From the human T2T-CHM13v2.0 reference genome, Homo sapiens, in assembly GCF_009914755.1 (NCBI RefSeq), contig NC_060928.1: a DNA stretch of 64,000 nt, one strand, 5' to 3'. A program made the translations under genes and the position numbers. This document shows positions 27,610 through 47,997 of the stretch, piece after piece; within the stretch, counting starts at the first letter, position 1, and each line of letters opens with the position of its first letter. The notes beneath the pieces were generated by a model that saw nothing but the letters and a program-made list of their open reading frames with translations, searched no databases and was not told where the DNA came from.

Positions 27610-30600
27610 TGTACTGAGAACCTCCAACGTGCCAGAAACTGGAGATAGAATGATAAACAATACAGAGACATTGTTTGAAGAAGTTAATAATTACTACACT
27701 ATATAATAAGTGACTATAAGTATTATAATAGAAGTGCTAAAGCAACAAAAAGAACAAAGATACCTAACTTACTTCGAATTCCTCATACCTTTTATTATTC
27801 ACAAAGGTGCCAGGCACTGACTAAGATACTAAAGACACAAAGCTAAAGAAGATACAACTTATTCCTTCAACAGCAGTAAAATAGCACATGGCCTAAAAGT
27901 GGAGAAAAATATCAAAACAAACAATTACTATCACTGTGAAAAAAAGTGATGAAGTTTGCTTTTGTCTCCAATAAAAGATTTACAAAAGTAAAATTTTGGC
28001 TGATTTTATATTGTATAAAGATATTTTCTGTACAATTCTTTTAATTATCATATCAAATTATTGGGGGAGAGGAGTGAAGCCACTTAAACATTTTGAAGGA
28101 AGAGCTTGCCAAGTGAATGGAAATTAGGGCAGGAGTGAAACATTCTCAGCTAGAGGAACTGCTTTTATGAAGGCACAGGGACTACCAAAAAGAGCTCGTT
28201 ATGTTGAAAGAACTAGTACTAGTTCTACATGGCCAGAGTGAGGATAAAGAAGTGGCAAAAGATGAGATTGGATGGCGGTATAGGCTTTTGTTTGGTTGCA
28301 AAGAACAGGGTTCCACTCACAATATTTATTCTTGCATTTTTAGGGCTGCCTTAGTTTGCTGCGCCAGTTCTAATTTATATTTATTCTTGCATTGACTTCC
28401 TTTTTCCTTAAAGGAAGGAAACATGCCTGGCCAGGTTCTCAATAAATGTTTTCTTCCTTCCTTAAATAAGAAAGTCAATGCAAGAATAAATATAAAGTAG
28501 AACTGGCACAGCAAAAGCAGGCAGCCCTAAAAACCGGTCTTTGCTTCTCATGGCAACCCTGCTTCTCTCTGTACTGTTCCCTCCCTGAGATGTGCTCTCT
28601 TTACTCACAGTCCCTGTGTCCTTATAGCTTAGTTTGCACGTGGCCCTTATTAATGCTCCAGCCTCTGTCTGGCTCCTCTCATCTCACAATATTCACATTT
28701 TAGTTCCTACTTCTAAGTAGGATATCTCAATATTTCCTATTTCAAGTTACAAAGAGAAAGAGAATTTTATTAACGTGGCTTATTTTTCTTCTTCTGGCCA
28801 TAAGGCCTAAGATCCTGGATAGCCAGTGGTTTGGAAGTCCATGGAACAATAGCCCAGAAATAACCCAAATAAATGTGTTTATGTTTATGTTACAAGAATA
28901 AAAGGTGATGACTAAGACAGGACAGTCCCTGGAAAGGGAGAAAACATAGATATAAAATATACAGAGGAATTGATCATGTGACCATGACATCACTATGGCT
29001 CCCTCTGAAATGACTTGGAATTTTTGAGTTGTCACTGATCTTTGTAAGAGATTCAGTTAAGTTGTGTGATGGGGACAGTAACCAGATAAAAGGGAAATTG
29101 AGAAGTGGAGACAGAAAATCTAAACCAGCCTTCCTTACTATCTGGCTAGGAATGGAGAGAGATAAACTAATAAAGAAAGCTTCAAGGGTACCCTAGGTTA
29201 AGAATGAGATTCTTTAATACATGAGATATCAATCAATATTATAGACAGGAAGAATACAGCCAGGGATTAGAAAGAGGTTTATTTTACAAAAATAAAAGAG
29301 AAGAAAGACCCTAGGGACAGAGAAGATGTAGATATAAAACACAGGTGAAGAGACTGGTCTTAAACAGGAAGAGAGAACAGCAAGATATTTATGAGTTTTA
29401 TAGGCATAGGGCAGGAAAGTGAAGAAGTTCTCACGTATCATGGCCTAAATTATGTGAATTAGAAGGCAAGATCATCTTCTGATGGGTGTAGAGGGGAGCA
29501 AGAAAAGTAGAAGTGAGGTATAGATGCTGAGAAGATAGCCTTTTGGGGAAAATGGGAGGAAATGATTTAGCAGTGCTGATGCACCAGACAAACACAGACA
29601 CTATAGTTCTCTAGTGTTGCTACCATTAGAGATTGTGGCATTCTCCAGCAATGTTCATCACCATGGAAGTAGGACTAGGGAAGGTAGTTTGCATAGAGTT
29701 GATCCAAAAGTTTGATGTTTCTGAAGGCAATATGGCAGAGACACAGGAAGGAGTTGAATGTTGTAGGGGAATGATTAGAGTCTTGCACCTTCCTAAAGCT
29801 TTGTTTCAGGCAAACTGGTCTTCTGATGGTCGCTAGAATAGAACCTATATTTTCTTGACCTTGTTCATTTGTTTATGATATTATCCTAATTTGGCTTCTT
29901 CCTCCTCATTTCTACCCTGTTATTTTATCCTCATTTCAAATGCCATCTTCTCTACATGGCAATTAGTCCTCTCTCTTTGATAAAAATTAAAATTTTCATC
30001 TAAATTACTAAAATTGTTACAATATTTATCAATTATTTCTTGAATTGCTACCATCTACAAGCCATGCTTGTTATTAATAGAGTACAAAATCACTCAAAAT
30101 TATACTGAGCCCTTACTCTACCTTACTATGTCTAAGCACTTTACATAGATTATGTATAATCCTATCTACCACTATAAATGGTAAGAACTATTTCTAGAAC
30201 CAGTTGAGGAGTGAGCAAACAGGCAGAGATAACCATAAGCAAGTCACCCAGCTAGCATTTAACAATGGTAGGACTGGCTCTAGGAGGCTCTAGCAATCAG
30301 ACTCCAGTGTCTAAATTTTAACCAACATACTATACTAGCTCCATAGGCTTTTTGTTGTATTGCCTTGTATTGTCATTGGAGGGTTATATCTTCCACTGAT
30401 TTCAGACTCACATAAGCAGAGTCTTAAATCTGTTTCTCTTTGTCCCTAGAAAGAAGTGTTGCATGTAATAGTTATACAATTAATGGTTCAGAGTCTGGAA
30501 TCTCACTGAATTCTTAGAATGAAGTAAGAAAGAATTTTCCCAGATAGTCAACCTGGGTATTTACCTCCACTTGAAACTACATTCAAAGGTGGTCTTTTCT

Positions 30601-30912
30601 TATACATAATCAAGGTGATTTGGTCCCTCCCTAAAACCTACAGGTCAGATAGCAAGGTTACCACTTTTTTGGTTTTTTCTCATTTAATACTATTCTACTT
30701 TTCTTTGATTGCCCAGGCATCCAGAATAAACAGGAAATTTTCTATTCCTTATTTTTTCTAAGTTATTTTCTCAGTGAAATACATGACTTATGGCTTAGTA
30801 TATCCTAATGTTTACATAGTAGATATACTAATACATAGTATATCCTAATGTTTGAACTTTAAATGATCAAATTTAGAAATTTTGTTTTTTACCTTTGTTT
30901 TTATCTCCACAG

Positions 30913-31608
30913 CCCAGTGAGAGTCAAAGATTCTCCAGAAGACCATATCTACCTGGCCAGCTGCCACCACCTCCACTCTACAGGCCAAGATGGGTTCCAC
31001 CAAGTCCCCCACCTCCCTATGACTCAAGACTTAATTCACCACTTTCTCTTCCCTTTGTCCCAGGGCGAGTTCCACCATCTTCTTTCTCTCGATTTAGCCA
31101 AGCAGTCATTCTATCTCAACTCTTTCCATTGGAATCTATTAGACAACCTCGACTCTTTCCGGGTTATCCAAACCTACATTTCCCACTAAGACCTTACTAT
31201 GTAGGACCTATTAGGATATTAAAACCCCCATTTCCTCCTATTCCTTTTTTTCTTGCTATTTACCTTCCTATCTCTAACCCTGAGCCCCAAATAAACATCA
31301 CCACCGCAGATACAACAATCACCACAAATCCCCCCACCACTGCAACAGCAACCACCAGCACTTCCACAAAACCCACAATGACGATCAGCTCCTCAACAGT
31401 ACCTATCTCTTCAACACCAGAGCCTGCCACCTCCATATCAGCAGCAACCCCCGCAGCATCTACTGAAAATACTACTCAAATTCTCGCCAACCGTCCTCAC
31501 ACAGTATTGCTCAATGCCACTGTCCAAGTTACGACTTCCAACCAAACTATATTAAGCAGCCCAGCCTTTAAAAGTTTTTGGCAAAAACTCTTTGCCATTT
31601 TTGGTTGA
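30913..31608 (+). CDS. OPRPN: OPRPN (PROL1/BPLP) exon 3 coding part; spliced protein 248 aa; opiorphin QRFSR at 30925-30939, Pro-rich region, then Thr/Ser-rich tail ending FWQKLFAIFG*
   Basis: Acceptor tttatctccacag ending 30912; 231 codons plus TGA; 17+231=248 aa, matching the recognised opiorphin prepropeptide. Confidence 0.95.
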   Translation, partial: PSESQRFSRRPYLPGQLPPPPLYRPRWVPPSPPPPYDSRLNSPLSLPFVPGRVPPSSFSRFSQAVILSQLFPLESIRQPRLFPGYPNLHFPLRPYYVGPIRILKPPFPPIPFFLAIYLPISNPEPQINITTADTTITTNPPTTATATTSTSTKPTMTISSSTVPISSTPEPATSISAATPAASTENTTQILANRPHTVLLNATVQVTTSNQTILSSPAFKSFWQKLFAIFG

Positions 31609-31614
31609 ACATGC

Positions 31615-31713
31615 AATAAATGATATTTTCCAAACTGCTCTGATATCTTAGAAGAAATAAACTGCAATGATTTTGATGGAACCAACCCTGATCTAACCAG
31701 CACACTAAATAAA
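31615..31713 (+). terminator. OPRPN: OPRPN 3'UTR with three AATAAA signals (31615, 31656, 31708)
   Basis: Three hexamers; the last is in a context homologous to the SMR3B signal. Confidence 0.75.
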
Positions 31714-32994
31714 GTATTTGAGCAATAATATGCACCTATTGCTATCATTATGACTACCACTCTATCCTATATTTTCTCATCTACCAACAGTTGATGAGAC
31801 AGGTTCCCAGAAGAAAACAGAGACCCTTTATGGGAAAAAAAATTAATAAAGGGTTTATTTAAAGAGAGTGGACAGGATTTAAAAAAAAAATACAGGGCTG
31901 AGACATTCAGGGTCTCCCAGTAGAGCTGGTCATGGGCCTATGTTTGATGAAGCAAAGGGAACAAATAAGGAGCCCAGAGCCTGAAGAAGAGTTGGGACAA
32001 TGAAGGAAAGGCCACACAATAAGACCCGTTGTGCAAAGATGTGACTGCTGCCAGGTGTGACTACTGCTCCTCATTAGCAGTCCACTCTTCTCTGCCTAGT
32101 TCTCAATCCTGGGAGGATAACCATACAAACTCTTACATGTGGGTTTTCTTACCTGGGGGTTCTGGTTGGGTTCTGCTGATGAAATAGGTGGAAGGGAGAG
32201 GTACAAATCTTTTATATTTGGTATAAAAGATAAAATATGGTCCAACTGTATAGGTCCCTTGCCATGAATGGAGCTAAGCTAAGCTCCTAATAGTTACACA
32301 ATTAATAGTCTCCTAATAGTTACGTGATTAATGGTTCAGAGCCTGGAATCTCACTGAATTCTTAGAATGGAGTCAGAAAGAATTTTCCTAGATAATCCCA
32401 CTGGAGTGTTTACTTCTACTTGAAACTACTTTCAAAGATGTGACTACTGACAGGTGTGACTGCTACTCCTCATTAGCAGTCCACTCTTCTCTGCCTAGTT
32501 CTTAGTTCTCTGATTTCTTAGAAGCTAAGCTCCATTCATGGCAAGGAACCTATATGGCTGTACCATTTTTTATCTTTTATACCAAATAGTAACCCTACGT
32601 CTCTCTTCCACCTATTTCATCAGCAGAACCCAACAAAAATCTCACAGGTAAGGAAACTCACGTGTAAGAGTTTGTATGATCATCTTCCCAGGATTGAGAA
32701 TGAGGCAGAGAAAGGCGGACTGCTAATGAGGATTTATCAGCACGTAGGCTAACACCACAAGTAGCCTCACTCAGCATCTTGAGGCCAAACAAGCAGTCAA
32801 GGAAAAATATGAGGGTTCCTGACTTCCTACATAGAAAGGGCAGAGACAGCAGAAAAATATGAGATCAGTTTTTTATTGCCTTTACCCAGGAAATTCACAT
32901 ATATATAAGGTCAACCAGGTAACAAAAATGTAAGCAAATAATAATATAAACTAAGAGAAAAGAAAGAAAATAATTAAAATATCAACTTAAATTG

Positions 32995-33190
32995 ATCTAG
33001 TGGAAACAGACACATAGACCAATGGAACAGAATAGAGAACCCAGAAATAAAGCCATATACCTGCAACCATCTGAGCTTGGACAAAGTCAACAAAAGCAAG
33101 CAATGAGGAAAGGAGCCCTTAATCAATAAATTATGCTGGGATAAATGGCTAGCCATGTGAAGAAGAATGAAACTGAATCCCTACCTTTCA
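32995..33190 (+). mobile_element. Short L1 ORF2 fragment (apparent local copy of 13375-13570)
   Basis: aaacagacacatagaccaatggaacagaatagagaacccagaaataaagcc... Confidence 0.8.
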
Positions 33191-33249
33191 CTTGAATCCT
33201 ACACACAATCATAAACTACCCTATAACAAACGACACTTACATTTTATTG

Positions 33250-33755
<506 letters not shown>

Positions 33756-34685
33756 CATCCCAACCCTCAACAACAACAACAAATAGACTGCTAGCAATAG
33801 CAATCTACAAGTTCAAGAGGTCACTTAGACTTATACCCGTTTTTCTTGGCTTGTATAACATGTTATAGAACTGAATTTGAAGATATTTGGGCCTATATTA
33901 TTCATTTTCCAAACATTATATACTCTCTGTTCTTCTACCTGCCTTCTCACTTATTTACTTTACCTAGGCTTAAGATTCCTAGACTCTTTAGAGAAAGCAA
34001 AATGTTACTATGCTTAAAAATATGTAAATAAGCTGAAGGCTATATGTTCTGGATAATAATGCATATAAAATGGTTACTTAGGTAAGAATGCATCATCCCT
34101 GTTTCCAACTTGTTTGATAGAACAAGAAGTAAAATAAATATTTTACATATAGGAAGTAAACTATATGCTATCTCCATTCATGAATATTCAGAACTAAGAT
34201 GTAAAGGAATATTGATATTAGCATCTTGACCCTAGCAATTTGCTTAAAGTGCCTGTGAACAGTTTCATTCTGAAGGAAATTATTATATTTATATAATTCT
34301 AAAACTTGACAACAAATTTCAATAAAATAATAAAAGATACTAATTGCTCTCCTAAGTTGATCAAAAGGCTGAAAGTTGACATTCAATCTTCTCTCAGAGT
34401 CCAAGCATATTTTCATTCCCTGGGTATTTTTATTTATGAAGATACATTTGCTAAAGTTTATTATATTTCAAAACATAGTCACACACTAATGTAATATGAT
34501 TAAGCGAGTGCATGTGAAATTATCTTAACTGTGACAAGAAACTATAGCTCTAAAAGCCATGATGAGTATTGATCTGAAATGACATTATTTTATTAAACAT
34601 TCAGAACCTTGCATAAAACTACACATTTTTTTGCAATATTGGATTTAATACAGGAACACTTTTAAAAGACTGAATTTGAAACCAA

Positions 34686-36248
34686 ATATATATATGACTG
34701 TAGATATATATGTATATATATGTGTGTATATATACATATATGTATATGTATATGTGTATATATGCATATATGTATATGCATATGTGTATATATGCATATA
34801 TGTATATGCATATGTGTATATATGCATATATGTATATGCATATGTGTGTATATGCATATATGTATATGCATATGTGTGTATATGCATATATGTATATGCA
34901 TATGTGTGTATATATACATATATATGTATATGCATATGTGTGTATATATACATATATATGTATATGCATATGTGTGTATATATACATATATATGTATATG
35001 CATATGTGTGTATATATACATATATATGTATATGCATATGTGTGTGTATATACATATATATGTATATGCATATGTGTGTGTATATACATATATATGTATA
35101 TGCATATGTGTGTGTATATACATATATATGTATATGCATATGTGTGTGTATATACATATATATGTATATGCATATGTGTGTGTATATACATATATATGTA
35201 TATGCATATGTGTGTGTATATACATATATGTATATGCATGTGTGTATATACATATATGTATATGCATATGTGTGTATATACATATATGTATATGCATATG
35301 TGTGTATATACATATATATGTATATGCATATGTGTGTATATATACATATATATGTATATGCATATGTGTGTGTATATACATATATATGTATATGCATATG
35401 TGTGTGTATATACATATATATGTATATGCATATGTGTGTGTATATACATATATATGTATATGCATATGTGTGTGTATATACATATATGTATATGCATATG
35501 TGTGTATATATACATATATATGTATATGCATATGTGTGTGTATATACATATATATGTATATGCATATGTGTGTGTATATACATATATATGTATATGCATA
35601 TGTGTGTGTATATACATATATGTATATGCATATGTGTGTACATACATATATATGTATATGCATATGTGTGTATATATACATATATATGTATATGCATATG
35701 TGTGTATATATACACATATACATATATATGCATATGTGTGTATATATACATATACATATATATGCATATGTGTGTATATATACATATACATATATATGCA
35801 TATGTGTGTATATATACATATACATATATATGCATATATGTGTATACATATACATATATATGCATATATGTGTATACATATACATATATATGCATATGTG
35901 TGTATGTATACATATACATATATATGCATATGTGTGTATATATACATATACATATATATGCATATATGTGTATATATACATATACATATATATGCATATA
36001 TGTGTATATATACATATACATATATATGCATATATGTGTATACATATACATATATATGCATATATGTGTATACATATACATATATATGCATATATGTGTA
36101 TACATATACATATATATGCATATATGTGTATACATATACATATATATGCATATATGTGTATACATATACATATATGTGTGTGTATATATGTGTGTGTATA
36201 TATACACATATATATGTGTGTGTATATATATGTGTGTGTGTATATATA

Positions 36249-36288
<40 letters not shown>
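34686..36288. repeat. 1.6 kb compound alternating purine/pyrimidine array (about 24-34 bp units such as TATATACATATATATGTATATGCATATGTGTGTG)
   Basis: Directly visible; produces stop-free ORFs in all six frames. Confidence 0.98.
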
Positions 36289-36291
<3 letters not shown>

Positions 36292-36361
36292 CCACTGAAG
36301 TCTCAAATCCCTCAATATCATCCATGAAGGCTGAAGTCAATTTCTTTCAAACTCCTGTTAA

Positions 36362-36786
<425 letters not shown>

Positions 36787-37771
36787 ATGTATTTCCATAG
36801 TAATAAGACTTGAAAGTCAAAATTACTCCTTGATCCATGGGCTGCAGAACGGATGTTGTGTTAGCAGTCATGCAAACAACATTTGTCTCCCTGTACATCT
36901 CTATGAGAGCTCCTGGGTGACTTCATGCATTGTCAATAAGCAGTAATATTCTGAAAGGAATCTTTTTTCTGAGCAGTATGTATCAACAGTGGACTTAAAA
37001 TAGTAAACCGTGCTGTAAACAGACGTGCTATAATCCAGGCTTTCTTGCTGCATTTATAGAGCACAGGAAGGGTAGATTTACTGTCACTCTTAAAAGAGTC
37101 CTAGGATTTTAGGAATGGCAAACGAGCATTGGCTTTAACTTAAAGTCACTAGCTACACTGGACTCTAACAAGGGAGTCAACCTGTCCTTTGAAGCCAGGC
37201 ATTGACTTCTCAGCTATGAAAGCATCTTCTTTAGATAGCATCTTCTTTCAATACACTGCTATTTTGTCTACATGGAAAATCTGTGGATTATACCTTAGCT
37301 AGATTTTCTTAGCTAGATAAGAAATTATCTTACCTAAATTTTCTGGATAACTTGCTGCAGCTGCTACATCAGCACTCGCTGTTTCACCTCGCACTTCTAT
37401 GTTATAGACGTGGTTTCTTTCCTTAAACCTCATGAACCAATCTCTGCTAGCTTTCAACTTTTCTTCTATAGCTTCTTCACCTCTCTCCGTCTTCATAGAA
37501 CTGAAGAGAGTTAGGACTTTGCTCTGGATTAGGCTTTGGCTTAAGAAAATGTGTCTGATTTTATTTTCTATCCAGACCACTCAAACTTTCACTATATCAG
37601 TAATAAGGTAGTTTCACTTTCTTATCATTTGTGTGTTCACTGGAGTAGCACTTTTAATTTTCTTCAAAATCTCTTCCTTTTCATTTACAACTTGAATGTT
37701 TGGCTCAAGAGGCCTACCTTTCAGCCTATCTCAGCTTTCGACATCCATTTACTAAGTTTAATCATTTCTAG

Positions 37772-38071
<300 letters not shown>

Positions 38072-38537
38072 TCTAGCTCTTGATTTAAAGTGAGAGATGT
38101 GTAACTCTTTCTTTTATGTGAACACATAGAAGCCATTGTAGGGTTATTAATTGGCATAATTTTAAATTATTGTTTCTTAGGGAATAGGGTGGCCAAAGAG
38201 TAGGGAGAAAGATGAGTGAAAGGCTGGTAACAGTCAGAACACACAGAACATTTATCAATTAAGTTGGTGTCTAATATGAGTGCAGTTTGTGGCAATTAAA
38301 AGCAATTACAATAGTAACATCAGTGAGCATTGATTACAGATCACCATAACAGATATAATAATAATGAAAAAGTTTGAAATATTGTGAGAATTACCAAAAT
38401 GTGGCATAGAAACATGAGATGAGTACGTGCTGTTGGAAAAATGGTGCTTATGGACTTGCTCAACACAGGGTTGCCACAAACCTTTAACTTGTGAAAAATG
38501 CAATATCTGCAAAGCACACAAAAGAGTGGCACAATAA

Positions 38538-38912
<375 letters not shown>

Positions 38913-39214
38913 TAAACAGCAAATTTCTAGACATCCAAAAATGATAGTCTCACTTAAAAAAATTCTGTAAGTGGAGGTAATGAGACTCCGAAGGGGAACA
39001 GATAAATTAAGTAATATATCGGAAACCACAAAGAGAGTAAATGGCAGAGTTGAAGTTCAGACACAGCTAGTTTGTTTCTGGGGACCAATCTCTAAGAGAA
39101 CAGGACACTAGGGTCATCTAGCTATATGATTTCTCTATACATGAGTTCAGGAATTGCAATGTGCTCATTAACATTTCTCACATAATGAAATATTAAATAA
39201 GAATGGTTATACAT

Positions 39215-39446
39215 CAGTGAGAACACATGGACACAGGAAGGGGAACCACATACACTGGAGCCTGGCAGGGGAGTGGGGTGGGGAGGGAGAGCATTAGGAA
39301 GAATAGCTAATGCATGCTGGGCTTAATACCTAGGTGATGGGTTGATAGGTGCAGCAAACCACCATGGCACACATTTACCTATGTAACAAACCTGCACATC
39401 CTGCACATGCAAATCAGAACTAAAAAGAAAAATTAGAAAAGAAAAA
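39215..39446 (+). mobile_element. Short L1PA 3' end insertion
   Basis: L1 3'UTR with A-tail; 16-bp TSD aagaatggttatacat (39199-39214 / 39447-39462). Confidence 0.9.
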
Positions 39447-40934
39447 AAGAATGGTTATACATGTCTAATGAATTTCCCCTTTCTTTCTAAAATCTAGCAA
39501 GTCACAAAGCAAGCACAGATGAAAGGTACTTTTCTCTGAGTAGCAGCTCCTGTATCAGCATTCCCCTTCATCAGTTCAAACTCATAGGATTCCATTTAAT
39601 CCAAATCCATCCACAAAAAAAACAAACAAACAAAAAAAAAGATTTAGAGTATTCTCTACCTATTTAAAACCTCTTGCTTTAAAAAGAAACAAAAAAGACA
39701 AAATCTGGTCAAATTTACCCTATGCAAGAAAGTGTTCACAAACCTCAACATCACATGACTTTGTAAGATAAATCAAGTTATAATACTTCCAAATCTTGGC
39801 CAACTAAACCTGCTAAAAATTTAGGAATTAGATATAACTCTTAGCCCAGAAACAATATTCTTTAAGACCCAATTTGATCCCAAATTCCTTCTTCTGGTAA
39901 AAGAATTGGTCAACAAAATTAAATTATAAGAATTGGGTCCACAGAAAACATCAGGCCAATCAAAAGTTCATATAATTACAACCAGAAAGTAAATAATCCA
40001 ACCAAATAAAATCACAAATTTCACAGCAAGCTAATCAAAGAAAAAAAAATTTAAATAATACTGAGTCAAGAAAGCCTATCCATCCAAAATCTCTGCCTAA
40101 AATGTATAGACAAATGAGAATTAAATAGGCAATCTATCAACCCTGGATCTGGACAACTAATTTTCTAACAAAAATTCCCCTACACAACAAAAAAGCTACC
40201 AAATCAAAACTTATAGAAACACAACAGCTAAGAAAAAATCTACCCCTTATCCAGTCCAAATAGCCACAATGACGCAAAAGAAAAAAAATTAACCCCCACT
40301 TTAGAACCAATATTTAACAGAGCTCCAAACAACACCTATTACGCTCAGCTTTAACTAGTAAGAGAAATGGTCTATGCCAAACTATGACACAAGACCTTCA
40401 GAAAATACCTGTATAATCAAAATTTCACAAAAATATGATCAAGAAGCAATGAATCAGTGAAATAAAAATTCCCTTAGAAAAGCAAACTAACCAGAGAAAA
40501 TACTACTTTAACACAACTGAATCAAAACAAGCTAGTTCTCAAATGCAGAGACAAAGACAAAAATACAGAAGAAATCTAAACAGCATAAACAGCCATTGAG
40601 TGAGCAGAGACCTATCCTATGTAAGAGGAGGCATCATCAACCTCATCAAAAACTTCTTGGTTAAAAAAAAATCTCCAGCACAGCCAAGGAGTAGGCAATA
40701 CCAAAATTCTAAGGACTCAGTAACATACAAGAGATCTAGTGTGAGCAAATACCATCCAAGTAAAACTGGTAAAAAGTTGCCAAAGAAATCTAAAACTACT
40801 TCTAGAAAAAGTATTCAACAAAACTGCTAATAATCTAAACCACATTCAACTTCCATTGGTAAAAGAAATGGACCAACACAAATCAAGCCACAAGTACTAG
40901 GTCTTAGAAAACTTCTGGCCAAATAAAACCTCTT

Positions 40935-47084
<6,150 letters not shown>

Positions 47085-47997
47085 CCAAATAAAACTTCTT
47101 AAAAATTCAATCATAAAGAAAAAATACAGCCAAACATTGTCAAAAAATATCAGACTAGTGAAGGATAATATGAGGTCAATGTGATTAAACACAAATAACA
47201 TAGATGCTCAAAACTGAAGCCAAAAGCATCACTGAACAGAAAAGCAAACAGGCAAAACATCATCAGAGACATCTCCCACTATTCCATCAACATCCCTATC
47301 CTGGTCAACCAAAACTTCAACCTAAGGTGCCTTCACTTTGAAAGTAGTACAAAAATGCTATTCTGTTTCACCTTATTATTGTACATGTAAACTGTTTCAA
47401 TGACAGGGCACACAAAAACATCATCAAATCAAGCCAGTAAAAAAACTCCATCCTCACTCACATAAATATCCCAATAAGCCATCAATTAAACCTCACTCAC
47501 ATCATCATTATCCTCCAGTAGTGCCCCATACACTTCAACCTGAAAAGTTACTACCACATCCAACAACTTCTAAACCTGTAGCCTCCACCATGGCTGCTGG
47601 CAACAAAGCTACTGCTATCAAGACAGTGGCACTTACTACTAAACTTCCTCCACCTCTATTCCTATGGAGAATATCACTGAAATGATCACTAGTAAACTTC
47701 TATTAGCTCCCACTAACAAGAACATGAGAGTGCCACCACCAGTTTCACTGTCATTGTCAAATTAGTAGCTGATATCATGAAATTCATCACTTTACTTATG
47801 AGCATAAAATGTATCCTCACCACCAAAACTCTGGCCACCAACACAAAAGTTTCTGTATCTACCAGGATGCTCTTCACAATACTTCAACCTTCTCTATATA
47901 TATCATCTCCACCTAATCAATTACTGCTAAGGCTACATCTGCTACCAACTCTTCATCAGATGCCACCAACATCAATTCACTTCCCACAAACACTTCC

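Noticed and set aside
30895-30912. ORF-track start MFLSPQ for OPRPN
   Set aside because: Intronic acceptor sequence; the true N-terminus comes from exon 2 at 20819.
34325-34360. Possible decayed signal-peptide exon (KILIALLS) upstream of the mucin-like segment
   Set aside because: No ATG, acceptor or donor; expected by chance in AT-rich DNA.
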